64,000 bases of DNA from an uncultured Acidobacteriota bacterium (GTDB lineage: Bacteria; Acidobacteriota; B3-B38; Guanabaribacteriales; CAZYAF01): assembly GCA_964645975.1 (NCBI GenBank), contig CAZYAF010000022.1, positions 187 through 64,186 on the forward strand, read 5' to 3'. The position numbers were made by a program, and so were the translations under genes. Positions within the stretch are counted from its first letter, which is position 1; each line of letters starts with the position of its first letter. The notes beneath the pieces are model-generated. The model was not told where the DNA came from. It saw only the letters and a program-made list of their open reading frames with translations, and searched no databases. Shown piece by piece: positions 18,603 to 29,141 of the stretch.

Positions 18603-19784
18603 ATGGAATTTAATCAATTTGGATTTGGTTCTGAAGCGGCCGATCCAAAAAATAATTTAATAGCAAAGCTAAACACCTTACGAAAGAAACTTCAAACATA
18701 TAAGACTCTACTTAGCGAATCTTTTCTTCTGGAAATTGACCAAGCTATAACATCAAGTATTGAGCTTTTATCTCAGAAAAGCGCTCCTGCTTTTGGCGCT
18801 CAGGAACAAGCAATAGAAAGCTCTCAAAGTGAAAACTTAAAGCAGTTAATAGAACAATTGGAGCAACGCCAATCTCAAACTGAAGTCCTTGGCGATATTA
18901 TTAAATTTCTCTCCAGTCTTTGTCAACGAGTCGCCCTCTTCATTATTTCTGGAGGTAACTGTGTAGGATGGTTGGCCTATGGTTTTGGAGAAAAACCAGG
19001 TCAAGGCAAAAAGAAAATTACAGTCCCTCTTAATCAAAATAATGTTGTCAACAATGTCTTTCGCAGTTATTCTGTTTATCGAGGCAGTCCAGATCAGCAT
19101 CCTGCAAATAGTGAAATATTACAATTAATGGGTGGAATTACTCCAACTGAAATTATGGCTGTCCCTCTTATTGTAAAGGGAAAAGTTGCCGGTATTATTT
19201 ATTTAGATCAGGGTTTTTCAAACAAAAAAATTGCAAATACTGCTGAGATAGAAATATCTTGCAAACTTGCAGGGATGACGATAGACTTATTACCAATTAA
19301 AAAGCAATATCCTGCACCTGAAAAACGAGCTCCAGTTGCAGCCCAACAACCTTCATTTGCAGCTCCTCAACCTTCACAACCTCAACCATCAGCACCTCCT
19401 CCTCCCCTTCCTCAGCAACCACGAGTTCAACAACCTTCACCATTTATGAAGACTCCTTCGCCACCACCACCGATTTCGCCTACACCTCAACCTGCAGCTC
19501 CTCCAAAAATGAAAGAGATACCAGAGGTCGAGCGGAATCTTCATGATGAAGCTAAAAGATTAGCAAGACTATTAGTATCAGAAATAAAACTGTATAATGA
19601 AGCTAAACTCGCCATGGCGCGAGAAGCAAGAAATATATATCAGCAGCTAAGAGAAGATATTGAACGTAGCAAGGAAATGTACAACCAGCGAGTATCAGAG
19701 GCAATACGAGCCTCGACTAAGTATTTCGAAGAAGAACTTGTAAAGATCTTAGCCAATGGCGACCCATCCTTATTAGGTACTTAA
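18603..19784 (+). CDS. hypothetical protein: GAF-like N-terminal region, Pro/Gln-rich linker, helical C-terminal domain
   Basis: 393 aa. The middle region (..GIIYLDQG..) is GAF-like. The ~80-aa low-complexity PQPS/PPPP tract is encoded at 19320-19500. C-terminal ..LYNEAKLAMAREARNIYQQLREDIERSKEMYNQRV.. is predicted helical. RBS GGAGT. Confidence 0.45.
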   Translation: MEFNQFGFGSEAADPKNNLIAKLNTLRKKLQTYKTLLSESFLLEIDQAITSSIELLSQKSAPAFGAQEQAIESSQSENLKQLIEQLEQRQSQTEVLGDIIKFLSSLCQRVALFIISGGNCVGWLAYGFGEKPGQGKKKITVPLNQNNVVNNVFRSYSVYRGSPDQHPANSEILQLMGGITPTEIMAVPLIVKGKVAGIIYLDQGFSNKKIANTAEIEISCKLAGMTIDLLPIKKQYPAPEKRAPVAAQQPSFAAPQPSQPQPSAPPPPLPQQPRVQQPSPFMKTPSPPPPISPTPQPAAPPKMKEIPEVERNLHDEAKRLARLLVSEIKLYNEAKLAMAREARNIYQQLREDIERSKEMYNQRVSEAIRASTKYFEEELVKILANGDPSLLGT

Positions 19785-20086
19785 CAGACTTATTGAAAAA
19801 AGGATAAATCCCCATTTTTCTTTAGATTAGTAGAAGGTTTTTAAAAACTTATGCAAATACGAATTATAATACGTGCATTAGGTATTGCCATGATAATTTT
19901 TCTTCTTTTTCTCCTTCTACACATATATTTTAAGTTAATAAATATGGACAAAGAAAGAGTGCCTAAACCTGCACATGAACAAAAAAGCTCATTGATTTTA
20001 AAGAACTTAAAGTCTAATAATTTTTCTTTTATTTAATTTCCTCCTAATAATTATATATACAAAATCTCAAAAAATGGAGGTATATA

Positions 20087-22030
20087 ATGATCAAGCATTT
20101 AGTAAAGGCTATTACTATAGCAACAATTTTTATTTTCTCATTTCATATACTCCCATGCCAGATTATTTTCAAAGAACCCTTAAGTCCACGTATTGCTAAT
20201 TATAAGATTTGGGCAAAACTTGATATCAAGAAGAAAGGAATAGAAGGGCGAGAAATTTTGCATTGGATTAATACCTCAGAGGATGAAATCAAAGAACTCC
20301 AATTCCATCTCTATATGAATGCTTTTAAAAATTCTAAATCCACTTTTATGAAGGAGTCCAGTGGTAGGCATAGAGGATTCAAATTGATGACAGCCCAATG
20401 GGGTTGGATCGACATTAAATCTATTAAAATCAAAGCTGAAGAACAGGAGCTGCTTTCTTCTATTACATATATTCAGCCTGATGATAATAATCCCTATGAT
20501 CAAACAGTCATAAGCGTAGCCCTTCCTAATCCCATCCAGCCGAACAAAAGCATAGAGATGGAGATTGAATTCTATACTCAATTTCCCAGCGTTTTTGCTC
20601 GAACAGGTTTTTGGCAAAATTTCTTTATGGCCGGTCAATGGTTTCCAAAAATAGGAGTCTATCAAAAAAATGGCTGGAATTGCCACCAATTCCATATTAA
20701 TAGTGAGTTTTTTGCAGACTATGGAACATATGATGTTTATCTAACTGTACCTAAAGATTATATTGTCGGAGCTACAGGCTTATTGCAAGGGGAGCCTAAA
20801 ATTAACAAAAATAACACAAAAACGTGTTATTTCCGCGCTGAAGATGTGCATGATTTTGCCTGGACAGCCTGGCCTGAATACAAAATAGCAAAAGACACTT
20901 ATAATGATATCGATATTACATTTCTCTATCCAGCAAACATAGAAAATCATGTCGCGCGTCATATGCAAGCTCTGAAATATGCTATCAAATATTATGGTGA
21001 GTGGTATGGCAAATACCCATATCCTAATGTAACCATGATTGCTCCCCCACTACCAGCATCTGGAGCTGGAGGAATGGAATATCCCACTCTTTTCACCACA
21101 ATGGATATTCCTGGTATGCCCCGTGGATTTTTATTAGGCGAAATGGTTACTGTCCATGAATTCGGACACAATTATTGGCAAGGATTAGTTGGCAGCAACG
21201 AATTTGAAGAGGCCTGGTTAGATGAAGGTATAAATTCTTATTCAACCGCTAAAGTAATGCGGAAAGCTTACGGCATAGGCACTTCCATGCTTAATTTTAA
21301 ACACATCAAAGGTGATATTATAGCTATGGAAAGGATGTCCTTTTTAGGTCGGCAGAATTTTGATCCTCTTCATTGTTCATCCTGGGAATATTTTGATGGT
21401 TCGAGCTATTCTGCCATTTCCTATAATAAAGGTACTTTAATGCTCATGACTCTGGAAGGATATTTAGGTGAAGATTTAATGAACAAAGTCATGAGTACTT
21501 ATTTTGAACTCTGGAAATTAAATCATCCTACTACTCAAGATTTCATAACTGTTACTAATGAAGTCACTGGACAGGACTTAAGCTGGTTTTTCGATCAGGT
21601 AATCTTTGGTACTGGTGTGCTTGATTATGCTGTTCATAATGTAAAAAGCACGCCTATTTCAGAGGCAGATGGTAATTTTGATGGACTAACACTTCCAGAA
21701 AAATCAATGGAAAACATTTACCATTCAGAGGTTTCAATTCGCAGAATTGGAGAAGTAGTTTTTCCCGTTGAATTATTAGTAAAATTTGAAAATGGCGAAG
21801 AGGTGCGGGAAAAATGGGATGGTAGTTCCCGTTGGAAAAGATTTACTTATGACAAGCCTTTCCCCATAAAATTCGCTCAAATTGATCCTGACAAAAAGAT
21901 TTTCTTGGATGTTAATTTTTTAAATAATGGCAAACATAGAGAAAAACAAAATAAAATCCCTATCAAACTTGCGGCTAAATGGCACTACTTAATCCAGAGT
22001 CTACTTCACATCATAAGTAGTATTAGCTAA
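20087..22030 (+). CDS. M1-family zinc aminopeptidase-like gluzincin
   Basis: HEFGHNYWQGLVGSNEFEEAWLDEGINSY gives HEXXH-X18-E with the WL.EG motif characteristic of M1. N-terminal signal/anchor. RBS GGAGG. Confidence 0.75.
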   Translation: MIKHLVKAITIATIFIFSFHILPCQIIFKEPLSPRIANYKIWAKLDIKKKGIEGREILHWINTSEDEIKELQFHLYMNAFKNSKSTFMKESSGRHRGFKLMTAQWGWIDIKSIKIKAEEQELLSSITYIQPDDNNPYDQTVISVALPNPIQPNKSIEMEIEFYTQFPSVFARTGFWQNFFMAGQWFPKIGVYQKNGWNCHQFHINSEFFADYGTYDVYLTVPKDYIVGATGLLQGEPKINKNNTKTCYFRAEDVHDFAWTAWPEYKIAKDTYNDIDITFLYPANIENHVARHMQALKYAIKYYGEWYGKYPYPNVTMIAPPLPASGAGGMEYPTLFTTMDIPGMPRGFLLGEMVTVHEFGHNYWQGLVGSNEFEEAWLDEGINSYSTAKVMRKAYGIGTSMLNFKHIKGDIIAMERMSFLGRQNFDPLHCSSWEYFDGSSYSAISYNKGTLMLMTLEGYLGEDLMNKVMSTYFELWKLNHPTTQDFITVTNEVTGQDLSWFFDQVIFGTGVLDYAVHNVKSTPISEADGNFDGLTLPEKSMENIYHSEVSIRRIGEVVFPVELLVKFENGEEVREKWDGSSRWKRFTYDKPFPIKFAQIDPDKKIFLDVNFLNNGKHREKQNKIPIKLAAKWHYLIQSLLHIISSIS

Positions 22031-22100
22031 TACTTCCCTGCTGCATAATAGCGGATAAATTTATTATTTTTAAGGCTAATGAAATAGTAAGGAGAAAATA

Positions 22101-22949
22101 ATGAGTGTTTTCAAATCTTTTTCGGAAGGAATAAAACAGGTTAATACGAATAAAAAAATGCTCCTGACTCTCTACCTATTCAATTTTATCTTCGCTTTGA
22201 TAATAACAGTTCCTCTATATTCTTTTTTATTATCCGTCTTAGGCAAAAGTTTACTGGCTAATGATTTGATAGAAAAATTTGATGTAAAGATTTTAGTTGA
22301 ATTTATTCCGCAGCATATTGATGCCCTTAGGCCTTTCTGGGGATTAATATTTTTTGTTGTTATCGCTTTTTTCGTGCTCGGGAGTTATTTATCAGGAGGG
22401 ATAATAACCAGATTCAAACATGCAGGAAATGATCATTTTCTTGCACAATTTTTCCAGGGTTGTGGTGCCTACTTTCTTCGATTTTTGCGATTAATGTTGA
22501 TCTCCCTCATTTTCTATTGCATAGTGTTAATCATCTATCTTATTATCTGGTTTATAGTCGGCCTTATGCTGGGAAGCACTCTTCTGACATTTATCATTCC
22601 TGGATTAGTCCTCATATTTCTGATACTTTTTACGAATATGCTTTTTGATTATGCAAAGATTGAAACTGTTTTGCATGATCGAAAAGGAATGTTTCGCACT
22701 GCTTTTAAGGCATTGAAATTCGTATTCAGTAATCTGGTAAAAACCCTTGGTCTCTATTACCTCATTTTTCTTTTAGCGGTGATTTTAATAATTATCTTAA
22801 CTTCCATTAAAAATTTTATTATTCCGGCAAATTGGAGTTTGATAATAGTTCTTTTTATAGTACAGCAGCTAATAATACTGGCCAGATTATGGATAAGAAT
22901 GCTCTTCTTCTCAGGACAACTTCAATTTTACAATGGAACAGCACAATAA
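22101..22949 (+). CDS. polytopic integral membrane protein, unknown function
   Basis: 282 aa with ~6 hydrophobic helices and no motif recognised. RBS AAGGAGA. Confidence 0.45.
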   Translation: MSVFKSFSEGIKQVNTNKKMLLTLYLFNFIFALIITVPLYSFLLSVLGKSLLANDLIEKFDVKILVEFIPQHIDALRPFWGLIFFVVIAFFVLGSYLSGGIITRFKHAGNDHFLAQFFQGCGAYFLRFLRLMLISLIFYCIVLIIYLIIWFIVGLMLGSTLLTFIIPGLVLIFLILFTNMLFDYAKIETVLHDRKGMFRTAFKALKFVFSNLVKTLGLYYLIFLLAVILIIILTSIKNFIIPANWSLIIVLFIVQQLIILARLWIRMLFFSGQLQFYNGTAQ

Positions 22950-22992
22950 ACAGACTTTTAAAAATTCTGAAAAAAGGAAAAGAAGAAGGGAT

Positions 22993-24681
22993 TTATAAAT
23001 CTATTTTTTTCAAAGCTCGTATTCCCAATTGCATGGGAATTAAGGTAACCAGTACAGAGATAACCAGAAGGATTCCATAAAAAATGAGAGATTCCCAGAG
23101 AGTATCCACACCACGATAAATTTTTGAAGCAAAGTGCAAATACACGGGACGAGCCTCCAAAACAATCGCAATTCCGATATATAACAAACTTAAAATCATA
23201 TAAAGTACTCCACCAGAACTAACTGCTATTTTAGCTGAATTTTCTGCTTCAAACCGGGGAAATAAAGCACCTACTCCTACTCCCATTGCATTCAGAGCAA
23301 TTGTCATTACTGTAATAGTTATAAGGGAGAGAATCATAAAATAATTGTCTACTTTCAGCAGCAGATTAGAAAAATATACTAAGCAGAGCGCCATTATTAA
23401 GAGCGGTAGGAGAAAAAACAAAAACTTTTCCCACAGAAATTTAGCATAATTAATCGGTGATGAATGAATGATCCAAAAACTTTTTCCTTCTAAGCTCGTG
23501 GCCGTAAAAGAATAACGAGCAGATACTGCCGCAAGAACAAATCCCGCCAATCCCAGGTTGATAAAAGAGATAAAATTCTTTAAATAAGGGTTTGGTAGAG
23601 GAATATTTTTGATATTAAAGAGATAAATAAATATAAGCGCTACTAAAAGAAATAGCTGGGACCATTGAGTAGTATCACGAATAAATAGCTTAATATCTTT
23701 GATAAAAAGTGCTTTTTGTGGGGAAGCTCTCACTGGAAAGAAAAAATCAAAAAATCTCTCCAGTCTTCTACTCTTTTTAGAGAAACTTATATCTCTGCTC
23801 TCCTGAGCTCCCGACCAACCACTGAAATAAAGATATTTTGCCAGAAGAAACGTCACTGCTACACAGCCAACAGACACTATCGCTAAGGGCAACAAATAAT
23901 TTAGAAATAGTAGATATTCCATTTTTGCTGCTGCAACCAGAGCTTTAGCTGCCCAGGAGCTTGGCAAATATCTAAAAGATGGTATTGAAAAGCTATCGAG
24001 TAACCGAACAAAATCATCACTATCAATAGGATTAAGCAACCTCTCAGGTTTCATAAGCCTTATGCTTACAACAATTACCGCAGCAAAAACTAATCCTACA
24101 GCCGTTAATATCCTGTATGTCTTCTTGGCCGGTAAAAACCGCATTACGATAACAGTGATGCTAACACCTATTCCGGCAGGAGCAAGAATAAAAATAAAAA
24201 TCACTGGAAAAATAAGGAGATAATAGTAAATATTTGCGGCAAAAACTGTACCAAAAGCGAAAAATATTGGTAAGCTAAATATCAAAATCATATAAGAACT
24301 ATTCATAAGAGCTTCATTAAATTTTAGCCCAAAAATAGAAGTTATCTTTATTGGTGATGAATGAAGAAGATACAAATCATCAGATAAATATATTACCGAT
24401 AACGATACTAAAATATTGCTAAATAAAAGCATGGAAAGGGAGGCAAGGAAAATCATTCCCAGAAATCGCTCACTAAGTCCAAGAATAAAAAAGAGGGAAA
24501 ATTCCTCAACAGAAGCTAAATACAAAAAGATATGCTTGAAGAAAAAGAAATCACCAATAATAAATATCACTGCTAGCGATAAAAGTAAACTAATCCTTAC
24601 CGGTTTAATTCTTGTTAGAGGATAGAATTTATTCCTTATGATGAAAAATCTGCTTTTAGCAAGAAGCAGCCAGGTGTTCAT
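22993..24681 (-). CDS. ABC transporter permease (large polytopic, ABC-2/exporter type)
   Basis: 562 aa, highly hydrophobic. Its start overlaps the stop of the upstream ATPase gene by 26 nt (translational coupling). Confidence 0.55.
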   Translation of the reverse strand: MNTWLLLAKSRFFIIRNKFYPLTRIKPVRISLLLSLAVIFIIGDFFFFKHIFLYLASVEEFSLFFILGLSERFLGMIFLASLSMLLFSNILVSLSVIYLSDDLYLLHSSPIKITSIFGLKFNEALMNSSYMILIFSLPIFFAFGTVFAANIYYYLLIFPVIFIFILAPAGIGVSITVIVMRFLPAKKTYRILTAVGLVFAAVIVVSIRLMKPERLLNPIDSDDFVRLLDSFSIPSFRYLPSSWAAKALVAAAKMEYLLFLNYLLPLAIVSVGCVAVTFLLAKYLYFSGWSGAQESRDISFSKKSRRLERFFDFFFPVRASPQKALFIKDIKLFIRDTTQWSQLFLLVALIFIYLFNIKNIPLPNPYLKNFISFINLGLAGFVLAAVSARYSFTATSLEGKSFWIIHSSPINYAKFLWEKFLFFLLPLLIMALCLVYFSNLLLKVDNYFMILSLITITVMTIALNAMGVGVGALFPRFEAENSAKIAVSSGGVLYMILSLLYIGIAIVLEARPVYLHFASKIYRGVDTLWESLIFYGILLVISVLVTLIPMQLGIRALKKIDL

Positions 24682-25405
24682 CTTCTTCTTCAGTCAATTT
24701 TAGGAAAATATCTTCTAAATTATGCTGTTTAGAACGAGCTAATGTTCGTAGTTGCTCTCTGGTACCTATTGCAGCAAGTTTCCCTTGATGGATAATGCCA
24801 ATACGGGTGCACAATTCTTCGGCAAGACTGATATTGTGTGTGGACATAAAAATAGTTGCACCCTGCTGACAATAATCTTTAAATATTTTTTTAACTAACC
24901 TAATTCCTTTCGGATCTAAAGCGACTAATGGTTCATCAATAATAATTATTTTTGGCTCATGCAGCAGTGCTGCTATTATGACCAACTTCTGCCTCATACC
25001 ATGGGAATAACTCTCTATCAGCTCGTCTCCCCACAGCTCTAACTTAAAAAGCTGTAGTAATTCCTTCATCCTTGCTTCGTAATAATTTTTTTTAATATCA
25101 TATATGCCAGCGATAAAGTGAAGAAATTCTCTTCCGCTTAATTTCTCATAAAGAAAAGGACGATCGGGAATATAGCTGCAAATATGCTTTGCTTCTTGAG
25201 GGAATAGAGCTAAATCATGCCCATCAAGTGTTATTGTACCTTTAGTTGGCTTGAGGACACCAGTAAGCATTTTAATAGTTGTGGTCTTACCTGCTCCATT
25301 CGGCCCTAAAAAGCCGAAAAACTCTCCCTTAGCAATGTGCAAGCATAGATTATTTACGGCAATAATCGTACCAAATTTCTTGGTGAGATTTTTTATATCA
25401 ATCAA
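24656..25405 (-). CDS. ABC transporter ATP-binding protein
   Basis: Walker [11 protein letters not shown], signature LSHGMRQKL, Walker B IIIIDEP. Confidence 0.85.
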   Translation of the reverse strand: MIDIKNLTKKFGTIIAVNNLCLHIAKGEFFGFLGPNGAGKTTTIKMLTGVLKPTKGTITLDGHDLALFPQEAKHICSYIPDRPFLYEKLSGREFLHFIAGIYDIKKNYYEARMKELLQLFKLELWGDELIESYSHGMRQKLVIIAALLHEPKIIIIDEPLVALDPKGIRLVKKIFKDYCQQGATIFMSTHNISLAEELCTRIGIIHQGKLAAIGTREQLRTLARSKQHNLEDIFLKLTEEEDEHLAASC

Positions 25406-25474
25406 TTATAATGTCTGCTTTTAATAAATCTACTTTTTTGATAATACTTCTATTGGCTTCATTTATTCTAATAG

Positions 25475-26578
25475 CTACTTTTTTCTAACTTTAAATTTTT
25501 TATCTATTTTTTCCAGTTTATCTACTATTCCACCGTACTCAAGCTCATTGTAGGGAAGCATAGCAGCACCAAAAAAACCTTGCCGACGTATTTCCATAGC
25601 TTTTAATGACACATTGTTTCTTACTGTATCCCAGAAAGGATGATCAAAAGCATCAGCCGGACAGGTCAGACGACCGTTATGCACACAATAAGCGCTGCAG
25701 CTTACAATTGGAGGACCATCAAAATAGGAAACGCTAGTATTTCTTTTAACCGGCATGAGAGGGCCAATATGGCTTCCTCGCATAAATCCAGCAACATAAT
25801 GCCCTATTGCAAATGTTGAAAGTACCTCTCCTGTGGCAGGAAATGCGCCCTGAACCCTGATAAGCATTACCGGATCATCTTTGCCAGTATATTTTCCCGC
25901 TATATTATGCAGTCTGGTTGTACTCACTGATGCACAAATTTCCCCTGTTTCGCGAGAACGGATTTTTTCTACTACGAATCTTTCATTATCCCTTAAAAGA
26001 GCAGCAATATCATATATCTCTTCTGGGGTGTTTAATTCAACCACTCTATCTCCTTCAATATAAGAAACATCCATAATAGTAAATGTAAAACCTGATGCCA
26101 TCTTTGGGCTGAGTATCAAACCAGCATTATACATAGCATCTGCGAAACCAAGAAAGATCGGTAGGTTATAAGCACCCGGATCAGTTTTATCTGCAGCAAA
26201 AAAGAGAAACGGCTCATTTGGTCGCTCCTCAAACTCCATTTCTGCTACAGCTGGGCCCATACCCTTCACATTCCCAGAAAATGCATCTTTCAATAAATCT
26301 TGACCTGCCCCATAAAGTCCTTGTTCTTTTGCGGTATCAGTACCGACCTTAAAAGCATCCCACGCTAACTTATGTACTTTATCATCTTCGACGCCATTAT
26401 CATGAGTCATCAAAATTGCAATATCATCTCCAGTATGAGAAATATTATAATCAATCAATAGGCCACCGCTATTATCTTTAATGAAATCCTTTACTCGCTC
26501 CATAAGTTGCTCACTTGGGCATATATGACCACCGATGCTTCCTATATCAGCTTTTATCACTGAGAGAGTAGTCTTCAT
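25475..26578 (-). CDS. fbp: fructose-1,6-bisphosphate aldolase/phosphatase (bifunctional, class V FBPase)
   Basis: 367 aa. The N-terminal ..TLSVIKADIGSIGGH.. matches the FBP aldolase/phosphatase family by length and N-terminal motif (from memory). RBS AAGGAGGA. Confidence 0.75.
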   Translation of the reverse strand: MKTTLSVIKADIGSIGGHICPSEQLMERVKDFIKDNSGGLLIDYNISHTGDDIAILMTHDNGVEDDKVHKLAWDAFKVGTDTAKEQGLYGAGQDLLKDAFSGNVKGMGPAVAEMEFEERPNEPFLFFAADKTDPGAYNLPIFLGFADAMYNAGLILSPKMASGFTFTIMDVSYIEGDRVVELNTPEEIYDIAALLRDNERFVVEKIRSRETGEICASVSTTRLHNIAGKYTGKDDPVMLIRVQGAFPATGEVLSTFAIGHYVAGFMRGSHIGPLMPVKRNTSVSYFDGPPIVSCSAYCVHNGRLTCPADAFDHPFWDTVRNNVSLKAMEIRRQGFFGAAMLPYNELEYGGIVDKLEKIDKKFKVRKK

Positions 26579-27232
26579 CGTTAAATCCTCCTTTAAAATA
26601 ATAAAAGTAAATAATTAATATAGATTCCTATCAAAGCAGCCAGTAATAATAACAAAAAATAGAACATCGGTCAACATCATAAGAGATAAATTCTATTAAT
26701 GTGAAGCTAAAGCTATCTGAATTTTAATGGATTATCGAAATTTAAAAACAGTAACAAAATATATTCACAATAAAACATTCCACCTTTTTCTATTAGAATT
26801 TTTTATACTATATGGAGTATTATATAGCTTTTCCTACGTTAAATCTTTAACCAATACCACTGTTCGGTTAATGGCGTTTGATTAAGCATTTCACCCTCCT
26901 AATCATCTTAAAATTAGCTCTCTGATACTAACTATAAATATAAGAAATTTATGAAGATATGGATAACTTATTGTTCCCTAATAAGTTGATTGTATCAGAA
27001 TAAATAACAAAATATAATTCAATGAAATCTTATTTTATATAGAAAAGGATATCCGAGTGAGATTAATTAATATCTTAACAATAAATCACCATATTTATAT
27101 AAGTAAATTTTACATTTATAAAGGAACAAAAACGGTGTTGATTCTGCTTTATCATAGATATTTTGCATTCAATCTCTTATAATCTTTAAGAGCTGTCGAA
27201 TCTGCGTTTAATTGACCATAACGGATAAAATT

Positions 27233-28156
27233 ATGAAAGCATATCTTGTTCGAAGATTATTAATCCTACTACCTGTTCTGTTGGGAGTTATTACTTTAAT
27301 ATTCTCTCTTATTCATATAATACCAGGAGATCCAGTGGTAGCTATGCTGGGAGAGCAGGCTTCTAATGCGGATGTGCAAGATCTCCGTGAAAAACTGAAA
27401 CTTAATGAGCCGCTTCATATGCAATATTTACTCTATTTAAAATGCTTAATAAAAGGTGATTTAGGTACTTCTCTCATAACAGAGGAACCGGTTTTACATA
27501 TTATTCTAAAGCATTATCCTGCTACCATTGAATTAGCTTTAGTGAGCATAGTTATAGCTATAGCTTTATCTTTACCATTAGGAATTATATCAGCTACTCA
27601 TAAGAATAAACCGGTTGATCATTTATCTCGATTATTAGCCTTGTTGGGATTGTCAATGCCAAATTTCTGGCTTGGCCCTATGCTTATTATTATATTTTCT
27701 TTAAAATTAAATTTTTTCCCAGTTTCCGGGCCTGGAGGTTTAGATCACCTTATATTACCTGCTGTCACCTTAGGGACAGCTATGGCAGCTTTTCTCACTC
27801 GCATGATTCGCTCCAGCATGCTGGAAGAATTAAGCAAGGACTACATTCGTACGGCACGGGCAAAAGGCCTAAGTAAGTGGAGGATTATTTATAAACATGC
27901 ATTAAAAAATGCACTTATTCCTGTTTTAACTATTGTAGGATTACAACTTGGTATTCTGCTAACCGGAGCCATTATCACCGAAACTATTTTTTCCTGGCCC
28001 GGCATTGGGCGTATGACCATCCAGGCTATACACCAGCGCAACTATCCTCTGGTTCAGGGTGCAATATTGTTTATATCTGCAAATTATATATTCATAAATA
28101 CCATAACAGATATTGCATATGCTTGGCTAAATCCACGTATAAGATTCCAAAAATAA
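27233..28156 (+). CDS. ABC peptide/nickel-type transporter permease (OppB/DppB-like)
   Basis: MKAYLVRRLLILLPVLLGVITLIFSLIHIIPGDP is the classic OppB N-terminus, and an EAA-like loop is present. The listed ORF starts at 27212; ATG 27233 is preferred. Confidence 0.8.
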   Translation: MKAYLVRRLLILLPVLLGVITLIFSLIHIIPGDPVVAMLGEQASNADVQDLREKLKLNEPLHMQYLLYLKCLIKGDLGTSLITEEPVLHIILKHYPATIELALVSIVIAIALSLPLGIISATHKNKPVDHLSRLLALLGLSMPNFWLGPMLIIIFSLKLNFFPVSGPGGLDHLILPAVTLGTAMAAFLTRMIRSSMLEELSKDYIRTARAKGLSKWRIIYKHALKNALIPVLTIVGLQLGILLTGAIITETIFSWPGIGRMTIQAIHQRNYPLVQGAILFISANYIFINTITDIAYAWLNPRIRFQK

Positions 28157-28160
28157 TAAG

Positions 28161-29006
28161 ATGAGAGAACTATTTTTTCGGCTTAATATACTGGCAAAAA
28201 TTGGATTATTAATCATTTTGTTTCTCCTAATATTAGCTATTTTTGCTCCGCTCATCACACCTTATTCTCCTTATAGCCATCAATTAGCAAACAGATTAAA
28301 ACAACCTTCATATCGACATATGCTTGGCTTAGATGAATATGGCAGAGATATTCTTAGTCGTCTAATTTATGGAGCTGGCATTTCGCTTTATATTGGTGTT
28401 GTGGTAGTGTCCATTTCCGTAATAATTGGAATCTCCTTAGGTTTAATCGCTGGTTATGAGGGTGGCTGGGTAGATGAAATTATAATGCGAATTACAGATA
28501 TTTTATTAGCCTTTCCTGGAATATTACTTGCTATTGCATTAATGGCAATTTTGGGAGCCAGCCTCAATAATGTAATTTTGGCTCTTTGCTTAATAGGCTG
28601 GGTGAGCTACGCCAGATTAACAAGAGGGTTGGTACTGCAGGTCAAAGAGATGTCCTATATATTAGCAGCAAAGGCAATAGGTGCAGGGAAGGTACGCATT
28701 TTGATACGTCATATTTTACCCAATATAATTAGCCCCATTATTATTCAGGCTACTTTAGGAATAGCAGGTGTTATCATTTCAGAGGCAAGTCTTAGTTTTC
28801 TTGGTCTTGGAGTTGAAGAAGGTGTTCCAAGTTGGGGAGCCATGCTCAATGGAGGAAGAGAATATATGCTTCAAGCTCCGCATCTTACCATCTTTCCGGG
28901 ATTAGCAATCATGATAACAGTTTTAGGTTTTAACTTTATGGGAGATGGCTTGCGAGATGCTTTGGACCCTAAGCATAAATTAAAAGAAATGCCACCAACT
29001 TATTAG
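28161..29006 (+). CDS. ABC peptide/nickel-type transporter permease (OppC/DppC-like)
   Basis: 281 aa with the OppC-like topology and an N-terminal ..APLITPYSPY.. region. It begins 5 nt after the oppB-like stop. Confidence 0.8.
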   Translation: MRELFFRLNILAKIGLLIILFLLILAIFAPLITPYSPYSHQLANRLKQPSYRHMLGLDEYGRDILSRLIYGAGISLYIGVVVVSISVIIGISLGLIAGYEGGWVDEIIMRITDILLAFPGILLAIALMAILGASLNNVILALCLIGWVSYARLTRGLVLQVKEMSYILAAKAIGAGKVRILIRHILPNIISPIIIQATLGIAGVIISEASLSFLGLGVEEGVPSWGAMLNGGREYMLQAPHLTIFPGLAIMITVLGFNFMGDGLRDALDPKHKLKEMPPTY

Positions 29007-29141
29007 TCTTCAATCAATCTCCCTTTAAAATATGATCAATTCAAATTGATAATGTGATTTCTTTCTTAGTTATTATCTGAAAGATACTATGATTAAAAAT
29101 GCCGGATAAAAAAGTGGCTTTCTATGAGGTATATATCAGTG

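Noticed and set aside
19851-20036. 61-aa hydrophobic ORF in the 300-bp gap before the M1 peptidase gene
   Set aside because: No convincing RBS at proper spacing, AT-rich low-complexity sequence, and no recognisable motif. It is likely a chance ORF, though a small membrane protein cannot be excluded.
29035-29050. Perfect 7-bp inverted repeat ATCAATT-CA-AATTGAT between convergent oppC-like and GGDEF genes
   Set aside because: AT-only stem with no following T-tract, too weak to call a terminator. It could be a protein-binding palindrome, but this is unsupported.
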